Source: Candidatus Omnitrophota bacterium (GTDB lineage Bacteria; Hinthialibacterota; Hinthialibacteria; Hinthialibacterales; Hinthialibacteraceae). From it: a stretch of DNA of 64,000 bases. The stretch is taken from assembly GCA_016934335.1 (NCBI GenBank), contig JAFGTC010000035.1, positions 208 through 64,207 of the forward strand, read 5' to 3'. The translations under genes were made by a program, and so were the position numbers. The notes beneath the pieces are model-generated. The model was not told the origin of the DNA. It searched no databases and saw nothing but the letters and a program-made list of their open reading frames with translations. The number at the start of each line of letters is the position of its first letter. Position 1 is the first letter of the stretch. Below are positions 39,061-48,545 of this stretch, piece by piece.

Positions 39061-40554
39061 ATGACAGACAACAAAAAAACGGTTCGCGACGAACGAATTG
39101 ATATGATCCGGAATTTGAGAGAAAACGGCGTCAATCCGTTTCCGGACCGCTGCGAATGCACCCACCGCCTTCACGAAGCGCTGGAACTGCCTGAAAACGC
39201 GGATAATATCCGCCTGGCGGGGCGCATTATCGCCATTCGAAAAATGGGGAAACTCAGCTTCTCTCATATTCAAGACGCCGATGGCAAAATCCAATTGTGT
39301 CTTACCCAAGACGATTTGGGAAAAGAAAATTACACCTTCTTCAAAAAATCCATCGACATCGGTGATTTTATTGGAGTCAAAGGATCGATTTTTGTTACAA
39401 AGACCGGCGAGAAAACCCTACGCGTAACCGAATTTCAACTCTTATCCAAAGCCATTTTGACCTTGCCGGAGAAATGGCACGGCCTCAGTGATCTGGAAGC
39501 CTGCTACCGGCAACGCTATCTCGATTTAATCGTAAATGAAGAATCGCGGCGCCGTTTTCAAATCCGGCGCGATTTAATTCGCAAAATCCGCCATTACCTG
39601 GAAGACCATGATTTCATGGAAGTCGAAACGCCTATTTTGCAATCCAAACCTTCCGGCGCTCTGGCGAAGCCCTTCATCACGCACCACAATTCCCTGGATT
39701 TAGACGTCTACATGCGCATTGCGCCCGAGACCTATCTGAAGCGCCTCATCGTAGGCGGGTACACTCGTGTGTTCGAATTTGCCCATTGCTTCCGCAACGA
39801 AGGAATCTCCACCGCCCATTTGCAGGAATTCCTTATGCTGGAATACTATGCCGCGTTTTGGAATTATGAAGACAATATGGATTTCACCGAACGCATGCTG
39901 ACCGCCGTCCTTCAAAAGGTTCTCGGAAATCTCACGATCGAATACAAAGGAAATTCAATTGATTTTTCCACGCCCTGGCCGCGCAAAAGCCTGCGCGACG
40001 TCGTTCTGGAAGGAACGGGAATCGACATCAATCAAGTCAAGGAGCGAGACGCTCTCTTGAAGCAAGCCGAGGATAAATCGATCGATCTTTCGGATGTAAA
40101 TGTAGATGCTTTGGGCTGGGGCTCTCTGGTCGATGCCATTTACAAAAAAGCCTGCCGCCCCAACATTCTTTCGCCTCTATTCTTAACATCCCACCCCAAA
40201 GAACTCTCGCCTCTGGCGAGAGCCAACGACGAGGATCCTTCCATCACCGACCGCTTCCAAGTCGTGGTCATGGGGATGGAGATCGTCAACGCCTATTCCG
40301 AATTGGTCGATCCCATCGATCAGCGCGAACGCCTGCAGAAACAACAACAACTGCGCGACGCCGGCGACGACGAAGCCATGGAATTCGATGAAGATTACAT
40401 CCACTGCATGGAATACGGCATGCCGCCCATCTCCGGCTGGGGAATGGGGATCGACCGGCTGACGGCGCTGCTGACCAATGAGGAAAACATCAAAAACACG
40501 GTTTACTTCCCCCTTATGCGCCCGCTTGAATCCCGAAAGAAATTCGAGGAATAA
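39061..40554 (+). CDS. lysS: Lysine--tRNA ligase, class II
   Basis: OB-fold N-terminal domain. Class II motifs ...RQRYLDLIVNEESRRRFQIR..., FMEVETPILQ, FEFAHCFRNEG and GWGMGIDRL. Confidence 0.95.
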   Translation: MTDNKKTVRDERIDMIRNLRENGVNPFPDRCECTHRLHEALELPENADNIRLAGRIIAIRKMGKLSFSHIQDADGKIQLCLTQDDLGKENYTFFKKSIDIGDFIGVKGSIFVTKTGEKTLRVTEFQLLSKAILTLPEKWHGLSDLEACYRQRYLDLIVNEESRRRFQIRRDLIRKIRHYLEDHDFMEVETPILQSKPSGALAKPFITHHNSLDLDVYMRIAPETYLKRLIVGGYTRVFEFAHCFRNEGISTAHLQEFLMLEYYAAFWNYEDNMDFTERMLTAVLQKVLGNLTIEYKGNSIDFSTPWPRKSLRDVVLEGTGIDINQVKERDALLKQAEDKSIDLSDVNVDALGWGSLVDAIYKKACRPNILSPLFLTSHPKELSPLARANDEDPSITDRFQVVVMGMEIVNAYSELVDPIDQRERLQKQQQLRDAGDDEAMEFDEDYIHCMEYGMPPISGWGMGIDRLTALLTNEENIKNTVYFPLMRPLESRKKFEE

Positions 40555-40707
40555 GCGCGGAATCGATAAAAACGCTTGCTGATCGATCAACGCTCTGTAC
40601 AATAAAAAGCGGCGCCAGGACTGGCAGCACATCTTTTGACGCTTTGTACCGCCATCACGAATGCGCGCCGGCATGCAAAAACGCTGCAGGTTTTTATCGA
40701 AAAAACC

Positions 40708-41850
40708 ATGAAGAGCATTATTCCTCTATTTTTTGTGCTCCTGTCGGTCGGCGGCTATTGGCTGTTCTGGATCAACCAACAGAATCAAGCCCAATATTCC
40801 GGCTTTATCGAAGCGGAGGATGCGTCGGTCGGTTCGAAAATTAGCGGTCGGGTAGTGCATGTAGCCGTGCAGGAAGGAGACCGCGTCAAACAAGGCGATC
40901 TCCTGGTCACATTAGACAGCGACTCCCTCTCGGCCCGGCTGAAGGAAGCCGAAGCAGGATTAAAAATCGCCGAGAAGCGTCTGGAAGAATTACGAAACGG
41001 ATCCCGCCCCCAGGAAATCGAACAGATGCAGGCGCTTCATGAACAGGCGCGCCAGGAATGGATCCTCCTGCAAAACGGCCCCCGAGTTGAAGACATCCGC
41101 GCCGCGGAGGCCAATGTGGCGTCTGCATCCGCCGATTTAGCGCTGGCTTCGATCACCGAAAAAAGGCGGCGTGAACTTTTTGCCAAAAAAGATACAACCG
41201 CCGAAAATCTCGACCGCGCCGTGCAGGAACTTTCCGTCGCCCAAAACCGGCTCAACGCCTCCCTGGCCGAACTCGATAAATTGCGAGCCGGCTTCCGCAT
41301 CGAAGAAATTCAAGCCGCTGAAGCCAAAACAGCCGCCGCTTCGGCTTCTCTCTCACTCACCCTCGAAGGCCCTCGACAAGAAGAAATCGACCGGGCGCGC
41401 GCCGAAGTCGAACGGGCCAAGGCGCTCCTGAAGCAGGCCCAAATCGACTTGGATGAAACCACAATCGCCGCTCCCTCCGACGCCGTCGTGGAAGTGAGCC
41501 GCCTCCAGCCGGGCGACCTGCTTCCCGCCCGCCAAACCGCCGTCAACCTGATCCTCCTCCACCCCCTCTGGGTGCGCATCTACATCCCCGAGAGCCGCCT
41601 GGGAAGCGTCTCCATCGGAACAGAACTTCCTGCGACTGTCGCGGCCTACCCCGGCAAGACCTTCTCGGGACGCATCGTTCAAATCAATCGCCAGGCGGAA
41701 TTCACCCCTCGCAACGTGCAAACGCCGGAAACGCGCGACGACCTCGTCTTTGGCGTCAAAATCGAACTGGACGACCCCGAACAACTCCTGCGCCCCGGCA
41801 TGGTCGCCGATGTCGACATCCCCCTTCCAGCGCCCGACAGCGAGGATTGA
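40708..41850 (+). CDS. HlyD-family membrane-fusion protein (YbhG-like)
   Basis: N-terminal anchor, lipoyl-like VKQGDLLVTLD, coiled coil, and FSGRIVQINRQAEFTPRNVQT C-terminal block. Start set to ATG 40708. Confidence 0.8.
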   Translation: MKSIIPLFFVLLSVGGYWLFWINQQNQAQYSGFIEAEDASVGSKISGRVVHVAVQEGDRVKQGDLLVTLDSDSLSARLKEAEAGLKIAEKRLEELRNGSRPQEIEQMQALHEQARQEWILLQNGPRVEDIRAAEANVASASADLALASITEKRRRELFAKKDTTAENLDRAVQELSVAQNRLNASLAELDKLRAGFRIEEIQAAEAKTAAASASLSLTLEGPRQEEIDRARAEVERAKALLKQAQIDLDETTIAAPSDAVVEVSRLQPGDLLPARQTAVNLILLHPLWVRIYIPESRLGSVSIGTELPATVAAYPGKTFSGRIVQINRQAEFTPRNVQTPETRDDLVFGVKIELDDPEQLLRPGMVADVDIPLPAPDSED

Positions 41851-41853
41851 TCC

Positions 41854-42804
41854 ATGGAGCCAACCATTCGCGCCGAAGGATTGACGAAACGGTTCGGACG
41901 CTTTACGGCGGTGGATAATGTCAACTTTTCCATCTCGAAAGGCGAAATCTTCGGCTTCCTCGGCCCAAACGGATCCGGCAAATCAACCGTCATCCGAATG
42001 CTCTGCGGACTCTTGACTCCCACCGAAGGCGATGCATGGCTGCTGGGGATGAATATTTGCAGCGATGCGCCCGCCATCAAGCGGCGCATCGGCTACATGT
42101 CTCAACAATTCAGTCTGTATCGCGATCTGACTGTCCGAGAAAACATGTTTTTCTTTGGACAACTATACGGTCTTCCCCGATCACGCATCGAAGAACGAAC
42201 CCAAATACTCTCCGATTACCTTGGCCTCAATCCTTACAAAAACCGTCAAGCCGGATTGCTTTCCGGAGGATGGAGACAACGCCTGGCTCTCGCCTCCGCT
42301 CTGATGCATGAACCGGACATCGTCTTCCTGGACGAGCCGACCGCCGGCATTGATCCCGTCGCCCGGCGCGAACTCTGGAACCTCCTCTTCGATCTTTCCG
42401 CCCGTGGAATCACCCTGTTTGTGACGACGCACTACATGGATGAAGCGGAGCGCTGCACGCTGGTCGCTTACATCTACCTGTCCAAACTCATAGCCTTCGG
42501 CGATCCCTCCTCCTTAAAAAATCTGCCTGACGTCACGCCCAAAGGCTATCGGCGCCTCGAACTGTCCGCCCAGCCGCTTACACAACTGCTCGACCATTAC
42601 CGCCGCCACCCCTCCGTACGATCCGCGACGATCTTCGGAGAGGCGGCCCACTTGCTCGTCAAACAGGATTGGCCCAACGACGAAATACGCCGCTATGGAA
42701 CGGATCACGGATGGGAGGATCTTCTCCTCCGCGAAATCCCCCCGACCCTCGAAGATGTATTTGTCTCCCTGACTCTCGCGGAAGAAAAAAAACGACTTCC
42801 CTGA
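41854..42804 (+). CDS. ABC transporter ATP-binding protein (ABC-2/YbhF-like, single cassette)
   Basis: Walker A GPNGSGKST, signature LSGGWRQRLALASAL, Walker B VFLDEPTAGIDP. Confidence 0.9.
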   Translation: MEPTIRAEGLTKRFGRFTAVDNVNFSISKGEIFGFLGPNGSGKSTVIRMLCGLLTPTEGDAWLLGMNICSDAPAIKRRIGYMSQQFSLYRDLTVRENMFFFGQLYGLPRSRIEERTQILSDYLGLNPYKNRQAGLLSGGWRQRLALASALMHEPDIVFLDEPTAGIDPVARRELWNLLFDLSARGITLFVTTHYMDEAERCTLVAYIYLSKLIAFGDPSSLKNLPDVTPKGYRRLELSAQPLTQLLDHYRRHPSVRSATIFGEAAHLLVKQDWPNDEIRRYGTDHGWEDLLLREIPPTLEDVFVSLTLAEEKKRLP

Positions 42805-42833
42805 GACGGATCAGCACGATCGGCAAGCATTCA

Positions 42834-43277
42834 CTATACAAATAGTTTCATCGCCGAAATGAGCCGCTTATACCATGGCTTGTTATAGAGAATGACTTTC
42901 TCAACCGCATGCGATAATAGTTCAGGATCCAACGGTCGGCCGAGATAAAAACGAATCCGGTGTTTACGCAAATGGCTTCGCTCCTGCCAGGAATATTGAT
43001 CGGAAATAACGATGATCTGGGAAGGCTTGATAATTCCCTTTAAGAGCCATGCTGCATAATCCAAATCCTGATTTCCCTCGTTTTGACCAATGATGCAAAG
43101 ATCGTATTTCTCATGATCCGCATGATCCCACATGTCCATATCGGTGTTTGAAAAAATGAGTTCTCGGGAATTATCTGCATTCAGGTCTACCAAGATGTCT
43201 TTTTCGGATTGATTGAGCCCCAATGCCAGCATGCGAACCTTATCTTTCATTTTCGCCTTTTTGAACATTACGCTCAC
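42834..43277 (-). CDS. Stand-alone degenerate receiver-like (CheY-fold) protein
   Basis: A beta-alpha pattern VRMLALG / YDLCIIG / IIVISD / FYLGRPLDPELL aligns by eye to CheY, but the acidic pocket and the phospho-Asp are replaced. Weak call. Confidence 0.4.
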   Translation of the reverse strand: MSVMFKKAKMKDKVRMLALGLNQSEKDILVDLNADNSRELIFSNTDMDMWDHADHEKYDLCIIGQNEGNQDLDYAAWLLKGIIKPSQIIVISDQYSWQERSHLRKHRIRFYLGRPLDPELLSHAVEKVILYNKPWYKRLISAMKLFV

Positions 43278-43436
43278 CTCTTTAATGAGATCCGGTTATT
43301 CGAATGATCCTGATCGGCGAGAAATTAAGATAATCGCTTGAAAGATCGTAGACTATTCTATCGCAATTTTAATTTTTGAGTCATTTATTTGCTGGAAAGT
43401 ACCAGGGAAGCAAGATATGAGAAGCAAGCAATGATT

Positions 43437-43479
43437 AAAAAAAAGAGCGAACATAAGTGGAATTCCGCTCTTGTTCGCT
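43437..43479 (-). terminator. Strong intrinsic terminator (unit 1 of tandem paralogous pair)
   Basis: On the minus strand: AGCGAACA-loop(18)-TGTTCGCT, followed by C and U8. Confidence 0.6.
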
Positions 43480-43576
43480 AATAAATTCTTGCACGCATTT
43501 GTATAAAAGACACCGCCTGCTCATCAAAAGCTTCAGCCAAAAAGAAAAAATCAGAAAAATTTTAAAAAATTAACAT

Positions 43577-43619
43577 AAAAAAAGCGAACAAAAGTCAGGG
43601 CATCCAACCATTGTTCGCT
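43577..43619 (-). terminator. Strong intrinsic terminator (unit 2 of tandem paralogous pair)
   Basis: On the minus strand: AGCGAACA-loop(21)-TGTTCGCT, followed by a U-run. The stem sequence is the same as in unit 1. Confidence 0.6.
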
Positions 43620-43870
43620 GCAAGCATTGAAAAGGTACGTGTATAAGACACTCTGCCAAAACAAAAACTTTAACCTGTTATTAATTTTACAATAGATAGA
43701 AGGTAGGATGGCCGCAAATAGAATCACAGCCCGCCAACTTGTTCCTCAATTAACCGCCTATTGAGTCAAGTCGCGATATACCTCATTCTATAGGCGGAAT
43801 GAAAGGGCAGTCAAACTTGAGATCAATTATAAGTCTATACCATATAAGATCATAAAATACAGATATTTAT

Positions 43871-45268
43871 TCATCCTATAATTCTATGCATCCTTGATTG
43901 GATATCCTGCGCTTTTCCGGCCATGTTATTATTTTCAAGCGGATCGTTCTTTAAATCAAAGAGGAGAGCGCCTTCTCCAAATCCTTCTACTAACTTATAT
44001 TGTCCGTCAAAAACCAATTTCCAGTCATTTAATCCGGAGAGAACATACTCGCGATGATCGTTCTTCTCCCCTCTCATTAGAGGCATCAAAGAAAGGCTGT
44101 CCATATCGCCGGGAATAGGTAAATCGGCATAGTCTAGAAATGTGGCGGCTAAATCCATGAGACTCACCAGCGCATCGCTGACAACCCTGTGCTTCACTCC
44201 CGGCCCCGCCGCGACTAGAGGAATCCCAACCGACGGCTGATAAGGAACCGACTTCCCCCAGCGGTCATGATCGCCCAGCATCTCGCCGTGATCGCTGCTG
44301 TACACAATCAATGTATTTTCAAGTTCACCGCGCTTTTTTAATTCCTCGATATAAAGCGACGTCCAGCGATCAATGTTTTCCACCATTTCGGAATAGTTGC
44401 GGCGTATTTTCGTATGAGTCTCCGCATCGAATTGGGTATTGCTGTTTGGCGGAGGAAAATCAACGCCGTCATACAGGGCGTGCATGCGTCGAGTTACGTC
44501 CCAAGGATCGTGCGGGCCGGTAAAGTTGACTTGAAGAAACCAAGGCTCGCCTCGGGGAACGCCCCGAATCAAATCCAATCCGTTCTGACCGATCCAATTG
44601 TCGCAGTACGCTTCATCGGGAAGCAGCGTTGGGAATGTTGCGCTTTTTCCAGTTTTACGCCGCTGCATAAAATCCTGAATATGCGTCTCGCGCAGTTTTC
44701 TTTGCTCCAGATAAAACATGTAGGGATCTTTGGGAACATCCTTCCCGCTGTTAATGGCGTCCCATTTCCCCGCGTTATCGATGCCGTCTGAAAATCCCCA
44801 TTCGGGAAGAAGATGCTTTCCTTCCAAGCCCCAGGTTTTCGAGGCTTTATGCAGATCGAATTTGCCGCATCCCAACACTCGATAGCCCGCATTTCGGAGC
44901 AAGGTATAAAAAGTAGTCTGATCGAGCGGATAATCGACGCCGTTGTTCTTGACGCGGCAGCGTGAATATTCCTTCCCCGAAGCCAGCGAAGCCCGCGAAG
45001 GAGCGCACAAGGGAGACGGGCAAAACGCTCGCGTAAAACGCACGCCTCGTTTCGACAGCGATTCGAGAGCCGGCGTGCGAACGGGTATCTCCCTCGTAGT
45101 GGATATCCAATCGAATCGGTGTTGATCGGGCAGCAATAAAAGGATATTCGGCTGACTGACAGGCCGGATCGATGCGGCTTCCGCTTGGATAGACGACTTG
45201 GATGACAAAAGACTGGAAGCGGCGCCGGCGCCGATGGTCTTTAAGAAATCCCGTCTGGTCTTATTCAT
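43871..45268 (-). CDS. Cys-type sulfatase with Tat-type signal
   Basis: MNKTRRDFLKTIGAGAASS leader. PNILLLLPDQHR. Formylglycine motif CAPSRASLASGK. Start set to M10. Confidence 0.85.
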   Translation of the reverse strand: MNKTRRDFLKTIGAGAASSLLSSKSSIQAEAASIRPVSQPNILLLLPDQHRFDWISTTREIPVRTPALESLSKRGVRFTRAFCPSPLCAPSRASLASGKEYSRCRVKNNGVDYPLDQTTFYTLLRNAGYRVLGCGKFDLHKASKTWGLEGKHLLPEWGFSDGIDNAGKWDAINSGKDVPKDPYMFYLEQRKLRETHIQDFMQRRKTGKSATFPTLLPDEAYCDNWIGQNGLDLIRGVPRGEPWFLQVNFTGPHDPWDVTRRMHALYDGVDFPPPNSNTQFDAETHTKIRRNYSEMVENIDRWTSLYIEELKKRGELENTLIVYSSDHGEMLGDHDRWGKSVPYQPSVGIPLVAAGPGVKHRVVSDALVSLMDLAATFLDYADLPIPGDMDSLSLMPLMRGEKNDHREYVLSGLNDWKLVFDGQYKLVEGFGEGALLFDLKNDPLENNNMAGKAQDIQSRMHRIIG

Positions 45269-45373
45269 CTTCCCTCCCCTTCTCGCCTGAAGCATTGGTT
45301 CTAAATCGTCAAAATCATACCATGAATCCGCGTTGCTTTATATGAATCAATTCCGGCTCAAGAAACGACCATT

Positions 45374-47284
45374 TTATTGAATTTGGACATGCGCCCGCCA
45401 TTCGGCATTGTTTCCATGGACGCGCAGCATGAGAAAACTCATCGTCTCATCCGCCGGATTATCCGAGCACACGCCGGTAAATACCTCAAAATCGTTGGAA
45501 GATTGACATTGCATAACGATCTTGCCCGGCGAATCGCGCAGTTTCCATGAAATATTCAATGCTCCTTCACATTTTCCCGATCGAATGTCTCGAAGAAAAT
45601 CATACCCGTTCGAATCGTTAAAATGTTCGGCGTCTTCGAGCGAGACATCGCACGATTCCAACTCTCCGCGAATATGATAGAAAAGATCGTATCGATGCGA
45701 TTGATCGGATTTGGCTTGGATGAAATCCTCAATGCCGTCGCCCGCCAAACCAACGCTTCGCTGAATATCCACCCCGTCATACGCATCCTTCACCCCCGCG
45801 ACGACTTTACCTTCTTTATAGGAAATTAAATATCCCCCGCAGCGTTTTTGCCGTTGGCCGTCGACGACTAAAAGATTATGCGCGGCGGACGACCGGTACC
45901 AGGCGTTCAAAGGAATGCCATAGCCGGACGTTCCCAAATCGGGAATCAAAACATTTCCTTTTCCGAAAAGAATGAGATTCAAACGATCGAGATGATCGTG
46001 CCCGCCGCCGTATGGGCTGAATTTCAGATACGCATTCACATTTTTGTTTCGCAGAATGGCGACGCCGGAATCCTTAAACAGGACGCTTGGAGAGGCCAAT
46101 GTTTCAGATTCAGGAAGATCGACCGGGCCATACAACAATGCGTTGATGGATGTTCGATTTTTATTTCGATAGAAAGAAGACAAAGCGCTGCGCAAGACAG
46201 GATCGTCCCACAATGACGCCGCCGCTTCGTACAAGGAATCATAACTGTTGAGCGACTGCCCCGGCCATCCGTCATTGGCGGCGGGGAATTCGTCATTCGG
46301 AAAAGCGAAACGGATGGGAGACGTATACATCAACCGGAACTTTTCCGCTCCCGTAAGATCGCATCCTTGCGCTCGGGCGGCGATATAAAGCGGCTGCAGC
46401 GACGAAATCGTATAGAAGTGGTAACTGATCGAACCTTCAAACCAGAAGCCGTCTCCTCTGACGCCCTTCTGAATCTGGCTTCGAAGCCCATATTCGCCGT
46501 CAATGGCCTCCTGGATCAGTTTTTTGTCGCCTAGAGCGAATCCGACCAAACCGACGGCGGCGTTATGCCAACTGGGAATATTGTGAATCGATCTGGTTTG
46601 TTTATGGATAAATTCCGCATCAGGCCGCAAAAATTGATCCGCGATAATCCGCGTCTCCGACTCGCTCAGTGAAGTGCATACATCCCAATACGCTTCCGCC
46701 AAACGCACCAATTGAGTGGCTTCGTCAAGCGATTGCTCGCGAATCATTCCCTTCCCGGCATGACTGCCATGCGGTTCGAATTGATCGAAATGATCGGCGT
46801 ACCAAAGCAGAACTTTTTTTGTATACTCCAACCATTCTCGATCGCCGGTTATGCGAAACAGCACAGCCGACTGAGCGGCGGCGGACGAGATCTCGGAATG
46901 AACGATGGATCGCCAGCAATCGTCATACGGCGGGCCGGAATAAACGCGCCCGCATCCCGTACAAACATGCTCATGAGGTTTTTGGGGATCGAATCGCAGG
47001 CGCCGGGCGTCGTCGTCGCAATAATATTCATGCAGCCAGCCGGTCACCCCCAACGGCGGATGTTCATAGCGCGACATAGTGCGGCGGACGCTGCTCTTCA
47101 TTTGTTTGACAATTTGCTTCGCCCATTCATGCGCGGCGATTTTTTCATTCACCTGCGCCCAATCGACGCCTCGCGAACCGGGATTGGACGCCGGCGCCGC
47201 CAGGCAGCACGGCCGCCATGCCAGAATAAAGAACATGCCAAACGTCAAAAAGTTAAAAGCGCATCTACAAAAACTCTTTTTCAT
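45374..47284 (-). CDS. Heparinase II/III-like / alginate-lyase-fold polysaccharide lyase family protein
   Basis: The C-terminal block GGGHDHLDRLNLILFGKGNVLIPDLGT..YG...WYRSSAAHNLLVVDG is typical of the heparinase II/III domain. The N-terminal half is an alpha/alpha toroid. ATG 47284 is preferred over TTG 47293. Confidence 0.7.
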   Translation of the reverse strand: MKKSFCRCAFNFLTFGMFFILAWRPCCLAAPASNPGSRGVDWAQVNEKIAAHEWAKQIVKQMKSSVRRTMSRYEHPPLGVTGWLHEYYCDDDARRLRFDPQKPHEHVCTGCGRVYSGPPYDDCWRSIVHSEISSAAAQSAVLFRITGDREWLEYTKKVLLWYADHFDQFEPHGSHAGKGMIREQSLDEATQLVRLAEAYWDVCTSLSESETRIIADQFLRPDAEFIHKQTRSIHNIPSWHNAAVGLVGFALGDKKLIQEAIDGEYGLRSQIQKGVRGDGFWFEGSISYHFYTISSLQPLYIAARAQGCDLTGAEKFRLMYTSPIRFAFPNDEFPAANDGWPGQSLNSYDSLYEAAASLWDDPVLRSALSSFYRNKNRTSINALLYGPVDLPESETLASPSVLFKDSGVAILRNKNVNAYLKFSPYGGGHDHLDRLNLILFGKGNVLIPDLGTSGYGIPLNAWYRSSAAHNLLVVDGQRQKRCGGYLISYKEGKVVAGVKDAYDGVDIQRSVGLAGDGIEDFIQAKSDQSHRYDLFYHIRGELESCDVSLEDAEHFNDSNGYDFLRDIRSGKCEGALNISWKLRDSPGKIVMQCQSSNDFEVFTGVCSDNPADETMSFLMLRVHGNNAEWRAHVQIQ

Positions 47285-47330
47285 TGCCTCCAAATCCTTT
47301 CCACAGAGCGTTTCCTAAGAACTGTAGCCG

Positions 47331-47365
47331 CCCACTACCCACTATCAACTATCCATTACCCACTG
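47331..47365 (-). repeat. Five tandem heptads (minus-strand RNA CAGUGGG UAAUGGA UAGUUGA UAGUGGG UAGUGGG) spanning the stop codon of the aminotransferase gene
   Basis: Plus-strand heptads CCCACTA CCCACTA TCAACTA TCCATTA CCCACTG, read directly. CTA at 47349-47351 is the annotated stop. Confidence 0.85.
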
Positions 47366-48503
47366 CCTTAAACGCCTTTTTCAGAGATTCGCAGACCAGT
47401 TTGACGTCATCCTCTGTCATTTGAGGATAAAAAGGCAGGGTCAATTCTCCGTCGGAAATTTTTTCCGTCAAAGGACAATCCGCTTGCTCGGCATAATCGC
47501 GATAGGCGGAAAAACGATGAATGGCGGGATAATGAATGGAAGTCTGGACGCCGCTTTCTTTCATGTTTTGAATCAGCGCTTCGCGTGCGGCGGGATCGCG
47601 CAGCAAAATCGGATAGATATGATATCCAACCTCGTCTTCCTTTCGATCGAGAAAAGGAATCATGATCTCATCGACATCGCCGAGCAATTCATTGTAACAT
47701 CGATAAATTTCCGCTCTTCTTTGGAGATTATCGGGCAGCCGCTTCAACTGGCTCAATCCAAGCGCGCTGCGAATTTCATCGATGCGGTAATTATACCCCG
47801 GTTCGACGACATCATACGAAATGGCGCGGCCTTTGTGCCGATCCAGCGTTAACGTAGTCATGCCATGCGAGCGCAATTTTCGAAGTCGATCGGCATAGGA
47901 ATCTTGCTCGACGGCAACCATGCCTCCCTCGCCCGTCGTCATGTTCTTATTGCTGAAAAAACTGAACGCGGCCGCATCGCCGAAAGTCCCGCATTTTTGT
48001 CCATTGCGCGAAGAGAAAATCGCATGCGCGCAGTCTTCGACAACCGCCAATCCATGCTCCCTGGCGACCGGCGAAATTTCCTCCATGCGGCAGGGGAAGC
48101 CGGCGTAATGAACCACCATGATCGCCCGCGTTTTCTCTGTGATTTTTTTCTTGAAATCCCGGGGCGAAAAAGTCCAATCGTTCTCGCCGGCGCAATCCAC
48201 AAAGACCGGTTTAGCGCCCAGGGAAACAATGGTGTTAGCGCAGGCGACGAAGGTCAACGAGGGAACCAGCACTTCATCGCCTGGGGCCACACCGGCGCAA
48301 GCCAAAGCCAAATGAATAGCGGCCGTCCCGCTGGAAACAGCGAATGCGTGTCGAACGCCAAGTTGCTCGGCGAATGTTTTTTCAAAATTCAGCGACCGTT
48401 CGCCCATTGTCAACCAGCCATCCCGTATGGGCGCCATGGCGCTTTGAACATCTTCTTCCGTAAAATCAGGCGTAAAAAGAGGAATTTTCCAAATAACCAT
48501 CAT
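47349..48503 (-). CDS. DegT/DnrJ/EryC1/StrS-family PLP-dependent sugar aminotransferase
   Basis: PLP-lysine block AAFSFFSNKNMTTGEGGMV. N-terminal FEKTFAEQLGVRHAFAVSSGTAAIHLAL. Confidence 0.85.
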   Translation of the reverse strand: MMVIWKIPLFTPDFTEEDVQSAMAPIRDGWLTMGERSLNFEKTFAEQLGVRHAFAVSSGTAAIHLALACAGVAPGDEVLVPSLTFVACANTIVSLGAKPVFVDCAGENDWTFSPRDFKKKITEKTRAIMVVHYAGFPCRMEEISPVAREHGLAVVEDCAHAIFSSRNGQKCGTFGDAAAFSFFSNKNMTTGEGGMVAVEQDSYADRLRKLRSHGMTTLTLDRHKGRAISYDVVEPGYNYRIDEIRSALGLSQLKRLPDNLQRRAEIYRCYNELLGDVDEIMIPFLDRKEDEVGYHIYPILLRDPAAREALIQNMKESGVQTSIHYPAIHRFSAYRDYAEQADCPLTEKISDGELTLPFYPQMTEDDVKLVCESLKKAFKAVGNG

Positions 48504-48545
48504 TTCTTTCCTATCAGTCTAAATAATCTTCAAAAACTACCATGA

